The position numbers and the translations under genes were made by a program. Of a stretch of DNA of 64,000 nt, positions 13,238-25,296 are shown in pieces. Source of the stretch: Tubulanus polymorphus (Eukaryota; Animalia; Nemertea); the NCBI RefSeq assembly GCF_964204645.1, contig NC_134030.1, positions 15,810,110 through 15,874,109 on the forward strand, read 5' to 3'. The stretch's first letter is position 1, and the number at the start of each line of letters is the position of its first letter. The notes beneath the pieces are model-generated. The model was given only the letters and a program-made list of their open reading frames with translations. It made no database searches and had not been told where the DNA came from.

Positions 13238-13396
13238 CTGTTTGATGTCAATACATATCGTCTTTAATTCTTTTGAAACTAGTTGATATGGGTCGATAAT
13301 AGAGCGCTCTCTATACAATGTTTGTATATTGCTGCCATCGTGGTGGGTGCTGACATGTCGGATAAATGATGCATGGTGATCAGCTTTTGATAAAAA
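13238..13396 (-). CDS. PDSS1: PDSS1-like exon preceding the catalytic domain
   Basis: TTGTTACAG acceptor and GTATGT donor; 159 nt, phase 0-0; FLSKADHHASFIRHVSTHHDGSNIQTLYRERSIIDPYQLVSKELKTICIDIKQ. The DPxxLxxxxLxxxxxDIxx|EL pattern matches PDSS1. Confidence 0.8.
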
Positions 13397-13576
13397 CTGT
13401 AACAAAAAGAAAACATAAAGGTTTGTCCAGAACGGCCATTATAAAATAGCCATCAGCATGCCATCAATGGTACAACTTCTCTAATAAGTAGGCCCCCATT
13501 TGTTAAAATCAGTTATTTTCCATCAAATTGTAAAGATGCAGTAAATTATCTGGTAAAAATTAGGACGTTATTGGCT

Positions 13577-15521
13577 CTGGTGGCCATACACAAGATGACC
13601 TTAAAACTCACCATAATCATAGAACATGTTATGAGCTATAACTTTCCATTGATTGTGGTTACAAAAAATGCTTAAGGTATCAATATAATGTGGAAAAACT
13701 TTGTTCCGCCTACAAATGAGTACTGATAACACTAAGATGGCTGCCAATTGTGTGATAATTGCCTGATAATACCTGTCTCAGGTATTTAAGATCCCTTTCT
13801 ATAGAATAGCCATCACAAATTTCAGTGAAAAATGACAAACCGGTTGGAAGCTACAGGACTCAGAATTCGGGCCAAAATTGACATTCTTGGGCACAAAAAA
13901 GGTCACAGGATGGCCATCTTGAACCCGATCGGCCCAATTTTTCTTATGCTGATGGACCCTTCGGAATACAAAGAACATCCGAAAAAACAAGATAATTGAT
14001 CAAAGTGTCTCTAAATTTCCCTCAAAGTCTTGAAAAATGTGTAGCTAGGGGTCCAGGGACACCATGCCCACTTGGGAAGTGGTTCCAAATGCTCAACAAT
14101 ATAACAATTTCAATATTCAACGCCCCCTGGTGACCATATACAGAATCCAATGTCCTTGAAACTCACCACAATCATAGAACATGTCAGCAGTTGCGATTTT
14201 GTAATTGATTGTGATAACAAAATATGCCTCGTTACCACTTTAATATGGAAATACTAAGTTATTCTACTATTCAACGCCCCCTGGTGACCATATTCAAAAC
14301 CCAATGACCTTGAAACTCACCACAATCATAGAACATGTCACGAACTATAACTTTGTAATTGATCATGGTAACAAAATATGTCTAGGTACCAATATAATAA
14401 GGAAATACTAAGTTATTCTACTATTCAACGCCCCCTGGTGACCATATAGAATAACTAATGGCCTTAAAACTTGCCACGATCATAGATGATGTCATGAGCT
14501 ACAACTTTGCAATTGATTGTGGTTACAAAATATGCATTGATACGAATATAATATAGAAATACTAAGATATTGCATTATTCAACGCCCCCTGGTGGCCATA
14601 TACAAAAACCAATGACCTTGAAACTCACCACAATCATAGAACACGTTATGAGCTACAATTTTCTAAATGATTGTGGTAACAAAATACGCTTAGGTATCAA
14701 TATAATGTGGAAAAACTTTTTCCCACTTACGAACGAGTACTGCTGACACCAAGATGGCCGCCAATTGCGTCATAATTGGCTGATGAAAAATACCTGTCTC
14801 AGGTATAAAACATCCCTTTCCAAAGAATACCCATCACAAATTGCAATGAGAAATGATAAACCAGTAGGAAGCTACAGGACTCAGAATTTGGGCCGAAATT
14901 AACATTTTTGGGCACTAAAAAGGTCATAGGACAGCCATCTTGAGTCCGATTGACCCAATTTTTGTTATGCTGATGGGCCCTGGGAAAATTCACATATATC
15001 CGAAAGATCAAGGTAATTGATCAAAGCGTCTTCAAAATTTCCCTCAAAAAGTTCAAAAATGTGTAAAAAGTGCTGATTTTGGTGAACAACAATGGCTGCC
15101 AGTCGGCCATCTTGAATCCGACAGGGCCAGTTTTTGGGCTGAAGATGTATCTAGGGTAGATACGTGTGTAACCCAAATATCAAGACATTACCTTGAAGCG
15201 TCTTCAAAACTTCCCAAAATAACTGGATTCCGTCTATGGACGGGAGGACGAACGACGGACGAAAAGTGAACGCAACATCCCGCTGGGACTAAAGTCCCAA
15301 GTGGGCTAAAAAGTGCCAATTTTGGCGAACAACAATGGCTTCCAGTCAGCCATCTTGAATCTGACAAGGCCAATTTATGGGCTGAAGATGTAGGCCTATC
15401 TAGGTATAACCCAGATATCAAGACATTATATCGAAACGTCTTTAAAACTTCCAAAAATAACCAGATAACGAACGAAAAGTGAACGCAATAGCCCGTTGGG
15501 ACTAGTTCCAAGTGGGCTAAA
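13577..15521 (-). mobile_element. Older HINE-like copy interrupted by a nested copy of the same family
   Basis: 13577-14044 continues collinearly at 15313-15521 (AAAAATGTGTA|...|GTGCCAATTTTGGCGAAC) and ends in CAAGTGGGCTAAA. Confidence 0.85.
14045..15312 (-). mobile_element. Full-length ~1.27-kb Helentron-associated (HINE/DINE-1-like) element, nested in an A/T run of a sibling
   Basis: SubTIR CCCACTTGGGA at both ends, adjacent 5' inverted repeat, GTCC microsatellite, four ~154-bp internal repeats, 3' GTCC-CT-GGAC hairpin and CTAG end, no TSD. Confidence 0.9.
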
Positions 15522-15534
15522 GATGAACACCTAT

Positions 15535-16606
15535 TATGCCTCGTTACCAATTTAATAGGCCCTATGGAAATACTTAGTTATTCTACTATTCAACGCCCCC
15601 CGGTGACCATATTCAAAACCCAATAACCTTTTAACTCACCACAATCATAGAACATATCATGAACTACAACTTTGCAATTGATCATGGTAACAAAATATAC
15701 CTAGGTACCAATATAATAAGGAAATACTAGGTTATTCTACTATTCAATGCCCCCTGGTGACCATATGGAATAACTAATTTCCTTAAAACTCACCACAATC
15801 ATAGACGACGTCATGAGCTACAACTTTGCAATTGATTGTGGTAACAAAATGTGTATTGGTACAAATAATTATAGAAATACTAAGATATTGTATTATTCAA
15901 CACCCCCTGGTGGCCATATACAAAAACCAATGACCTTGAAACTCACCACAATTATAGAACACTTTATGAGCTACAAGTTTCTAATTGATTGTGGTAACAA
16001 AATACGCTTACGTATCAATATAATGTGGAAAAACTTTATCCAACCTACGAATGAGCCTACTGATGACACCAAGATGGCCGCCAATTGCGTCATAATTGGC
16101 TGATCAAAAATACCTGTCTCAGGTATAACACATCCCTTTTCAAAGAATACCCATCACAAATTGCAATGAGAAATGGCTAACCAGTAGGGAGCTACAGGAC
16201 TCAGAATTCGGGCCAAAATTTACATTTTTGGGCACTAAAAAAGGTCATAGGACGGTCATCTTGAGTCCGATCGACCCAATTTTTGTTATGCTGATGGGCC
16301 CTGGGGGGATTCACATACATCTGAAAGATCAAGGTAGGCCTAATTGATCGAAGCGTCTTCAAAATTTCCCTCAAAAAGTTCAAAAATGTGTAAAAAGTGT
16401 TGATTTTGGCGAACAACAATGGCTGCCAGTCAGCCATCTTGATTCTGACAGGGCCAGTGTTTGGGCTGAAGATGTGTCTAGGGTAGATATATGTGTAACC
16501 TAAATATCAAGACATTACCTTGAAGCGTCTTCAAAACTTCCCAAAATGACTGGATTCCGTCAAAAGTGAACGCCCACTGGGACTAAAGTCCCAAGTGGGC
16601 TAAAAA
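15535..16606 (-). mobile_element. 3'-truncated HINE-like copy
   Basis: Collinear with 14225-15312; ends CCAAGTGGGCTAAAAA. Confidence 0.88.
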
Positions 16607-18289
16607 GTAGGAATTAGAGGGCACTTGACCTTTAAAACACAGCATTTTGAAGCCGTCGGTACAAAGATACGTCAACGGCTATGTTCTAATAGGGCCTACA
16701 TCGTCAGCAAAAGCCGTTGATTGCCGTGGTGAAATTCGAACCCTGTAATTACGCACATGCGCATACAAAATCTAGTAGATTTACTTTGAAAAAACGCGAT
16801 TTCAGTGTGATTTTGAAGTCTCCGGAGACTGTAATAAATCAGCGATATTGTTAAGAATGATTTTTATTACCGCGAGTCGCTCGATTGTTGCGACTTGTGC
16901 AAGTGCCTAATTAAAAGTTGTCATCGAAATACACTCGTGAGATGTCTTATTTTTGTCTCATGGTCTCTCATAACAGAGCAAGGAATTTTTCAGTGGCGAG
17001 GCTTATTTCTGAAGGGAGTCTGGGGGCCCTCCCCTAGAAAAATTTTGAAAATTCAATCGCCGGAGGTGCGTTTTGGGGCCATTTCACGGTCTCATTCACA
17101 GAAGCATGAGAAGTCGTGAGCCAACCACCTAGTACAAAGAACAACGAGCTGCTACACGGTATTGTCAGTAACCTGTCTGAGGTTTAGTTTCACGATCGGA
17201 TATTTTCACAAACCACAGTCAGGAATGGGAACGTCATTTTTCAATGAAATCTGACCAATTTGACTGACGAGTAATTTGCCTGGCATTTCATTGTCTCTTA
17301 AGATATCCGTCTAATTTTTGTTGTAATCGACGCACAACAGATTCGTAGTTTGTCTGATACCTATAACACCTCACCTGACGATCTTAATCCATGTGCAAAT
17401 CGGCCGTAAAGTAAAGTAAATTTCCGTCGAGTCAACAGCTGCCATTTTGAAAATTACTGGAGGTATGCACGACTGAGGCCAGGACAACAGCACAAACTAA
17501 CGAAGCGAAACGACGAAATTGAAAAAATTAAGAAATCAACACTTATTCACATTTTTCTTTATCCAGAATTTATCATTTCATTATTTATCATGGAAAGCAC
17601 GAAGATTTGAAATACATGTTTGAAAACCATCAAAAATAAAAATTGTCGTTTCGTCTTGGAAGTTTCATATAATTTGTGGAAAAATTAATTAATTTCTCAA
17701 AATAATGTTGATAAATCACTCGAAACATACCTAAGATTGGATTATTTCGAAATGTACCTGTGTTAGTTCGTGAATTAAGCCATTAATTGTGGACTGAAGT
17801 GAATAGAAAGTATATTTTTGAAGTGTTACATTTTTCAACCGTGTTTTGGCCATTGTCATCCCTAACGTTGGTACAAGCCCATCTGATTATAAAAAGCTTA
17901 CCACCAACGATTAGGTAACTAACTACTACGCGGTACGTACAGCGTGCTTTTGAAAACGTGTCTGTTAAGCAAAAAAGTGGGGCGGCTTTAGCCGCCCCAG
18001 TTCCGACGGCCCTGCATTAAAAAATCAATAGTTTCAACTTAGACATGTGTCTAATCAAAGGGGGGTGGGGGTTAAAACCAATTAGACAGTTATTATAATT
18101 GACGGGACTATCTAATAGTAATAGAAATTTTGAGATGCTCCCTTTTAGGCCTACAAGAAATAAGAGATCCGATTTTTCAACCTACATTTGTTGGGATTCT
18201 CCAAAGCAGGGGAGTACTGCTGTGTAAAGAAGATGTTTGCAGGTATGCTTTTAAGGCAACACGGCCACAAACACATCGAAACGGGTTGC

Positions 18290-18345
18290 CGACCAGTTTG
18301 AAGGACATGTCCAAGCCAATTCAATTTAAATTTGTTCGTATAATC
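18290..18345 (-). pseudogene. Possible RTE-type LINE remnant
   Basis: KLNWLGHVLQ resembles the LRWxGHVxR C-terminal motif of RTE ORFs; single short motif only. Confidence 0.3.
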
Positions 18346-19161
18346 CATGAGCACGGTCGATGTTAAATCTCATTCAAACGGAGGCGGTAATAATAATTTC
18401 CGACAGAAACCGCCGCCGCACTCTGTGTCGTTTTCGACCCGGTCCCAAGAGTGCCATCAAAATGGCTTGTTTGTGATCAAAAATACTGGTACACTTGACC
18501 GAAAGCCAGATTTTTTAACTTGACGGCTCGTTCATATAACAAAACAGTTCTTCCAAGAGAATTCGAACTAGCTCATTTCGTTTATTTCGACAAGTCTTGC
18601 AAAGTCCCAGAACGAGAAGCACCATTATGAGTTTTCCGGTTTGCTCGGCTACCCGTACTGGCGGGGTAGTCTAGAGAGGCCAATGAAAACTCCGGTTTGC
18701 TGAACCACCCCTCTTTGCGGGGATGCGGTATGATGTTTCATCTGACAGTTTCAAGTGGTTAATGGCTGTTTCGTGCTTACAACGATGCTTATTACTTCGT
18801 GGTACATGGTGGTTTAAAAAAAGATTTCATAATAACACGCTCACTGCGTGGGCTTCGTAGAGAGACCACTACCTGTGACCTTCCCAAATTTCAATTGTCC
18901 TGTCCGATTTGGTTTCATCCAATTGAGAGACTGCCTTTTCCACTTAGGGCATTTTTGGATCACGTGACAACAAATGGCTTTTGTGCCCCTTCGTCGGGTC
19001 CACATGTTTCATTTGAGCTATAGACCACAATGGTGACACCATGATGGTCATTAACTGACCAATTGATATATCCCCGAGTCTGAACACTTGACTTCGAATT
19101 TCGGAAATTTACCATAATGTTTGTTTTCAAACTACTAAGGAATCATCATTGCAAATTCATC

Positions 19162-19420
19162 ACTGACCATCACTGACCACCACTGACCAATTGAAACTTC
19201 TTGAAAGAACGATATACCGGTACCGCATTTGATGTGAAACTAGAAAGGATTCGCCATTGAAAATTCATAAATTGACCATCACTGACCACCACTGACCAAT
19301 TGAAACTTCTTGAAAGAACGATATACCGGTACCGCATTTGGTGTGAAACTAGAAAGGATTCGCCATTAAAATTCATAAATTGACCATCACTGACCACCAC
19401 TGCCCAAGTGAAACTTCTCA
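19162..19420 (+). repeat. ~109-bp subterminal tandem repeats rich in TGACCA motifs (also at 32955-33432 and 34219-34580)
   Basis: TGACCATCACTGACCACCACTG recurs at 19164, 19273 and 19381; unit number differs among copies A, B and C. Confidence 0.85.
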
Positions 19421-22400
19421 AATATCGTGGTCGAATTCGAAAGTGCTTGTCGTCGTATTGCTATTTCTAGAAACCAGCAGAAAATTTTGCAACTGTTTTT
19501 GAATGGCGTTGACATGATGGAAATTTATTACCCATAAATTGGTTACACATCTGGATCACAGCACCTCACTTGCCGCAGTGCGTTATTTTCACTGCATAGT
19601 AATGCTTATACATAAACTTTTTTACTACTTGACGCGAATCATCTTAACAGTACTGCGTTTGAAAACTCAACGAATAGAAAATGTTTGCGGGAAGCGCCTA
19701 CAAATAAGTTATAATAAGATTAATTAATCGATGCATGAAAAACAATTAAATCACAAGGTGACTAACACCCGTCTTTCAACCAATCTGCGCGATACCAATT
19801 AATTAAATCATTAAACGCATTGGGTTCCTAATATTTGAAATCATGTGATACAATAGTTGTTCTTTAGACTTGGTCACTTTCATTTCAGACAACCGCGTAC
19901 TAGACCAGTGGTCACCGAGGCATTAACCATTCCTTCAAGTTTTGAAAATTCGATGGTAACGCGGATTCTTCGCCTCTAAAAACTGTTTCGTTAATAGTTT
20001 TCTTTATATGAAAAGTGTTCATAGGAATTGAAATTTGGAGTGGTATCAGTCACAGCTGTAACCCTTTTTCATTGTCAGTTCTTTTTTGGAATTCGAGTAG
20101 ATTAGTGAAAATATCAATGATGAAGTTCACTTAATATATCAAGTACCGTTTTTACTGTCGCATGCGAGTCGAAACAAAAATATCTATCCAACTGCATATC
20201 TTCGGGTATAAACTGTGATATCCTTCAGTATGTTATGAATATCTTTAAAAATTTGTGTTCTAGTATAATACCCGAAGGTTTAACTATCGGACACATAAAA
20301 GATTCGCCATAATCAAAGTTTTTAAGAAAATCTTTCTTCGAGAAAGAACGATCTTTAAAAGAAGGATTGGCATCAAACTAATCCATAATGGACTGTTGTG
20401 AATTTATTGAATAATCCACCTGAGAAATTTCGGTACTCGAAAAACGCCTACTCATATAAATCAAAAATGCATGAATAACTTGACGTTATTTGCGGGTCTC
20501 ATGAAACACTTTCGTGCGCTCTTTTTAAATCTAAAATAGCATAAATACATGCGTGTTTCGTTATAAACAAGGTTAAATTCCAAACGCACATGAAATATGG
20601 AGCCTGTATCACACGATATACACATCTTGAATTTCCTCTAACTACCTAGGCCTTTTCCAATTGGGAATGGTTCAGTTTTTTAACGGCCGACATTCAGAGG
20701 CACCTAAAAAACCGGTTGTATAGCACTTAAAATTTTCAGTGGAGGGCACATCTCACATCGACTCGGCTCGCGGTCGGTGGTTTAATGGGAACACATCTGG
20801 TTGTTACTAGTTTAATAGTTGACGAATTCAGAAAACTTTTTTCAAATGTCTTTGAACTTTTTAAACATAGTATTCTTCTTAATTACATTTCGCTGATTCC
20901 ATAGATATTTTTTCATGAAAATTGCTCCAGTTATAACGGATTTAAACATACATGTAAAATGATTATTTTCAAAATATTCAATTTTCTCCGATTTTGAAGA
21001 AATTCTGACACAATATCATCTCCAACCGACACATGATTTTACTTCGGCGCCTTTGAAGGGAGTGTCACTTGTTGTTGAGTTCATATTTAGTCAAACAAGA
21101 AGATATGCCTGATTCCTTTTTAGAACTTAGATTTCGACGGATATCATCAAATTACTAGAAAGGGACAGCAGCTTTCGGTCATCCGCAAAAAATACCTAAA
21201 ATGCTCTCCTAGGTTTATGGAAAAACATGTCACGAAACATACGGAAAATCCTTTGTTTGGTAGACTGAAATTATTGAACTCTTAAATAGCAACATTCAGA
21301 GAAACAAAAACATAAGAATATATTCTCGCCCACCCTTTAAAAAAACAACGTGATTTCAATTGAAGATGACACGTAGCCTCATATCAAATGATATGAACGC
21401 AACAGAGCCTATTCATTCTCTTTACGAGGATGGGTCTCGACATTCATAGGATACGATACGAGATTCGTGGGTACGAATGATGAATTCAACTGATAAAGCG
21501 CCAATTTCACTGATTCTTGCACATAAAGGTGTTTTAGAGTAATCTAGTTAACAGGTGTGTTTTAGGAGTATTTTGAATTTAAATTCAAATCGGGATTCAT
21601 GACGAACATTGAGCATTCTAGGGCTGGAGAAAGAAACGTGTGGGATCGTCCGCCAATGGTATCGCCAAAGAAATAATAAGGAGCCAGTCCGTGGTGGCTA
21701 TTGAAAGCGACGACCGCATGTGAATGCATTGATTGAATGACATCTCAAAAGTCAGATTATATAAAATTGAACATGATATATGGATAGGTTATTCCATATA
21801 TACTGGTAAAAATGATGCCCAATATGTGATATAAATGTTCAATTAAAAAGTAGAAACCGAATCCATAATTCAGTCTGGTATTGTTATAACATCAAACACT
21901 CAAATTTAATCCTTTGTTAGATTGGTAGCCAGTGTAGATGAGCAAGAATAGTGGTCCCTAATTTTAATGTGGACTGTTCAACAAGTTGGAGGTTGTGTAG
22001 AGATGAATGAGTTTAAAATGGAGTGGAATTTAGATAATACTGTTTGAATGTCTATTACTCAATCTTTTTTATTGATCATAAAAAATTGTGGTAAAATATT
22101 TGACTCTAGGGTTTTAGATTGTATCTCTCCACGCCAGAGGTAATCACGGATATTGGACTACACAAAATTCCTTGTGTACAGCTCAACTTTTAAATCCCTG
22201 GAAAAGCTCGCCACGGATATAACTCAGTAATAATTAATTTTCCCACAAATTCTCCCCTTCGAAAAAACTAAACAACCAATGTACGCTTGCTCTAAGTTTG
22301 CCAATGCACTATTGTTACCTTTTCTAGCTATTTGCACTAGCTGTTTGTCGCAAATAAAGGATAAAGGATATAGCTCTGGGACCCGTTTCTCAAAAGATAG

Positions 22401-23949
22401 TTTAGATTAACCATCATCCAATATGATACATGACTAATTACACTGAAAAAGATCAACTATGTACACATTTCAAATTTCAAACGATGTTTTATAATTAGAA
22501 AATTACGACACAACGTTCGATCTCTCACTAGAGATAATCTTTTTGAATTTGTACACTGAGTTTTCGTATCGTATTATCGTATTTTCAATTCTCTGCTTTT
22601 GAGTCAACAAGTACAAAGTTATTTTAGCAATGAAAATTTAATTGTCATTATAAATGTTAACTATCCGCTGGTAAACTTACTAACTTTTGGCAACTGACCT
22701 TAGATCGTGGAATGGTCTCAGGTGGCCTGCTGATCCACTCTTTATTTATACTACTAAAGAAATATACAGTATAAGACGTAAAAAGTATATGAACATATTA
22801 TTTATCTTTATATCGCGATAATTCGTGTACGTATGATTGAAAAACGATATTCTATCGAATATCATGGTACTTATGATTATTGTGTATAGAATCAATAATT
22901 AGCAACCCTCCACGGATACGAAGCAGCCTAAGTTTACATCCTACCAAAATTATCCTCGAAACTCTCAGCATTATTTCAAGGGTCGGTCTTAGAAAATATA
23001 TGAAGGACGTGCTCACAAATTAACGAGGCCAAAATTTCAAATTTTTACAAGTAAAGATAATATACTTCATGCTTTTGTTGCAGAAAAAAATACATGTCCA
23101 CAAAATGCAAATTGTGTTTTCAAAGTAAACGATTGAGTGTGGAATTGTTTCAAATTCAATGTTTTCCCATTAACACTCTGGTATTTTTCAATAAGATAAG
23201 TCAAACTATTGTTGTGATGGCCAGTTGAATACTTCATCATTATATTGAAAGATATGTTAGACTTAATGCATCTTTTCTTAGGCCTTACAGCTTTCTCTAT
23301 TGGTTAGCGTTGTGATCACTCAAAATTAACCATAAGTTTGAATTCTCACTGATCTACTACATCTCTATAACAAAAATATATTTCATTTCAGGCAATTAGC
23401 TTTGATCTGTGGTCAGGGGACAGCGGCTACGAAACATTTAAAACTACTACATTATCATTCCATCTATACATGTATATATAATATGATATGATATCTTCTT
23501 TGTTCAGTTTAAAAGTCTTGATCGTAAAAGTTTGACAAGTACTAACGAAGGATTCACTAAACATATAAATTACTTATGGGGGTTCTGGTTAGCACTGGTA
23601 ACTGGTCTGTACTGGTCAAGCATTGGTCAGTTAAACAATTTTTAGATTAATGCCCACATCATATCTAGTTATTTGACACCAAACAACTTAATTGTTTGCA
23701 AACAAATAATTTACTATATGGTCAGTACTGGTCATGCATTGGTCAGTTAAAAGACCATGGTCCACGCCACATTTGATACCAAACATGATTGGATTGTGTC
23801 GTTTCGAAAATTTATCTGTTGGGCAATTTGTGGTCAGCCCTGGTTCGTTAGGTTCTTATTTTGCGGGCATTTTATCTCGAACCACCGAAAGACCGAATCA
23901 CTAATTAATTCACCAGATCGTTAATTGCTGAAAATGAAGATTAGTGTTT

Positions 23950-24286
23950 TTTCTCGGGTAGATGTTGATGTAGAAGTCCTCTAAGTTGATTGTTCCGCGT
24001 GTTGACTAGATAGAAAGGAAGCACATTTCGAAACGCAAATTTTCCAGATGAGAGTATGGTCCTTGGGTATCCGAAGTGTAGTTTATGACATCGACGGTGC
24101 AGCTCCGATGAGGATGGGTTTCTCCGTCAAGGGGAGCGCAATCGGTACTTCACATCTGGTGCTGAGTTTTCCTAAAAGGAAAAGTTTTTACACGGGAGCA
24201 GTTTTGTGTTTCTAATATACAGTGCATAGGTAGGTCTGTGGATGCGTCGCAATCAAACGGACAGTGCTATGCACATTGATGGACCG
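23950..24286 (-). mobile_element. 337-bp retroposed insertion (SINE or LINE 3' fragment) with 15-bp TSD, present only in copy A
   Basis: TGAAGATTAGTGTTT at 23935-23949 and 24287-24301; empty site in copy B near 28331-28345; related fragment at 48335-48470. Confidence 0.85.
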
Positions 24287-24828
24287 TGAAGATTAGTGTT
24301 TAACTAATAGTCCTTGTCTGAACAAAATGTCTCTGGTATGGGTCCTATGGAATCATGTCCTTAACTGTACACCGTACTGTATCTTTGTACTGTATCTTTG
24401 TACTGTATCTTTTTATGTTCACTACTACCGTAATTGACTATGATGTTTTCAAGTGGTCTTAAGTACCGCTAATAGCCGAAAGTCGTTGATTTATGTGAAA
24501 TTTACATACAGCGCCACCCGTTGATAGTAAAACTAACCCGAGCAATACGGGTGTTAAATAGATACGCTAGCAAACCGGCATTCTCATAATGGCCGACTGC
24601 CGGGTAATCAAAAAAAATCTGATTGAATCCCCGACAAAACATCAAAAATCGTTGGAGAACTCGCTACGAAATATATGAATATGTCTCTCATTTCTTTTAT
24701 ATAACAATAAATATTAATGAATATGTCTCATTATGAGCTTATTCATTTTATATAATATGTCAAAGTCGAAACTTGGTGAAGCGCACAGCCAGTCTTAAGT
24801 TTTAATGAAAAAATAGAGGCGAGTGCCC

Positions 24829-25296
24829 TTCCCAACTCATATAGAATTCTACATTGTAAGAAAACATAGGTTTTGCGGGGGCACCTGTGTTCGGCGTGGT
24901 CCGTGGCCAAAGAAAATCACCCAAAATATCGAAGATCTATTCAAGCGAAGATTCGCCGTGATCAAATACATGTGTAGAAAAGGAATTCATTTTTGCGAAA
25001 AAAACATGCTTTGGGAGTGTTGATTACAAATTGAAAGCCTTGTTTGTTTTATCTTTCATACGACAATAAATATTATAGCAATCTGATATGTTTTACGAAC
25101 GGCTTTAATAGTTTTATATGTTTTACACAAGAAATGTGTTCCCAAGTTCTACATTGTAAAAAATGTAGGTTTTGCTGAAGGAAAACACCCAGTGGCGTGA
25201 CCAAAGAAAATCACCCAAAATATGATAGATCTTCCAGCGAATTAAGGGACCCGTGATTAAAAAAGAAAAGAAAATCATTTTCTGCGAAAAACAACG
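24829..25296 (+). repeat. Diverged ~310-bp tandem duplication; the second unit resumes at 27704-27740 after the MULE
   Basis: TTCTACATTGTAA..TAGGTTTTGC..CCAAAGAAAATCACCCAAAATAT occurs twice; TTTGGGA.TGTTGATTACA.ATTGA.AGCCT occurs at ~25010 and ~27710. Confidence 0.7.

Larger units (their letters stand above)
18623..24591 (+). mobile_element. ~6-kb non-autonomous TIR element, copy A (CATTATGAG termini, no TSD)
   Basis: Left end CATTATGAGTTTTCCGGTTTGCT; right end AGCAAACCGGCATTCTCATAATG. Nearly its whole length is the reverse complement of 28053-33975. Flanks GAAGCAC / GCCGACT are not duplicated. Confidence 0.88.

Noticed and set aside
16970-18015. hAT-like MITE ends (GGGGGCCCTCCCC...; CCGACGGCCCTG; similar at 50536-50757 and ~6650-6790)
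   Set aside because: Matching opposite TIRs and 8-bp TSDs could not be established.
20100-21500. Possible transposase, recombinase or LINE remnants in the core of the 6-kb element (VITDLNIH, FFADD, YFCFDSH, KFVF*YNTRR in various frames)
   Set aside because: Motifs fall in different frames and strands among many stops and cannot be distinguished from chance without a profile search.
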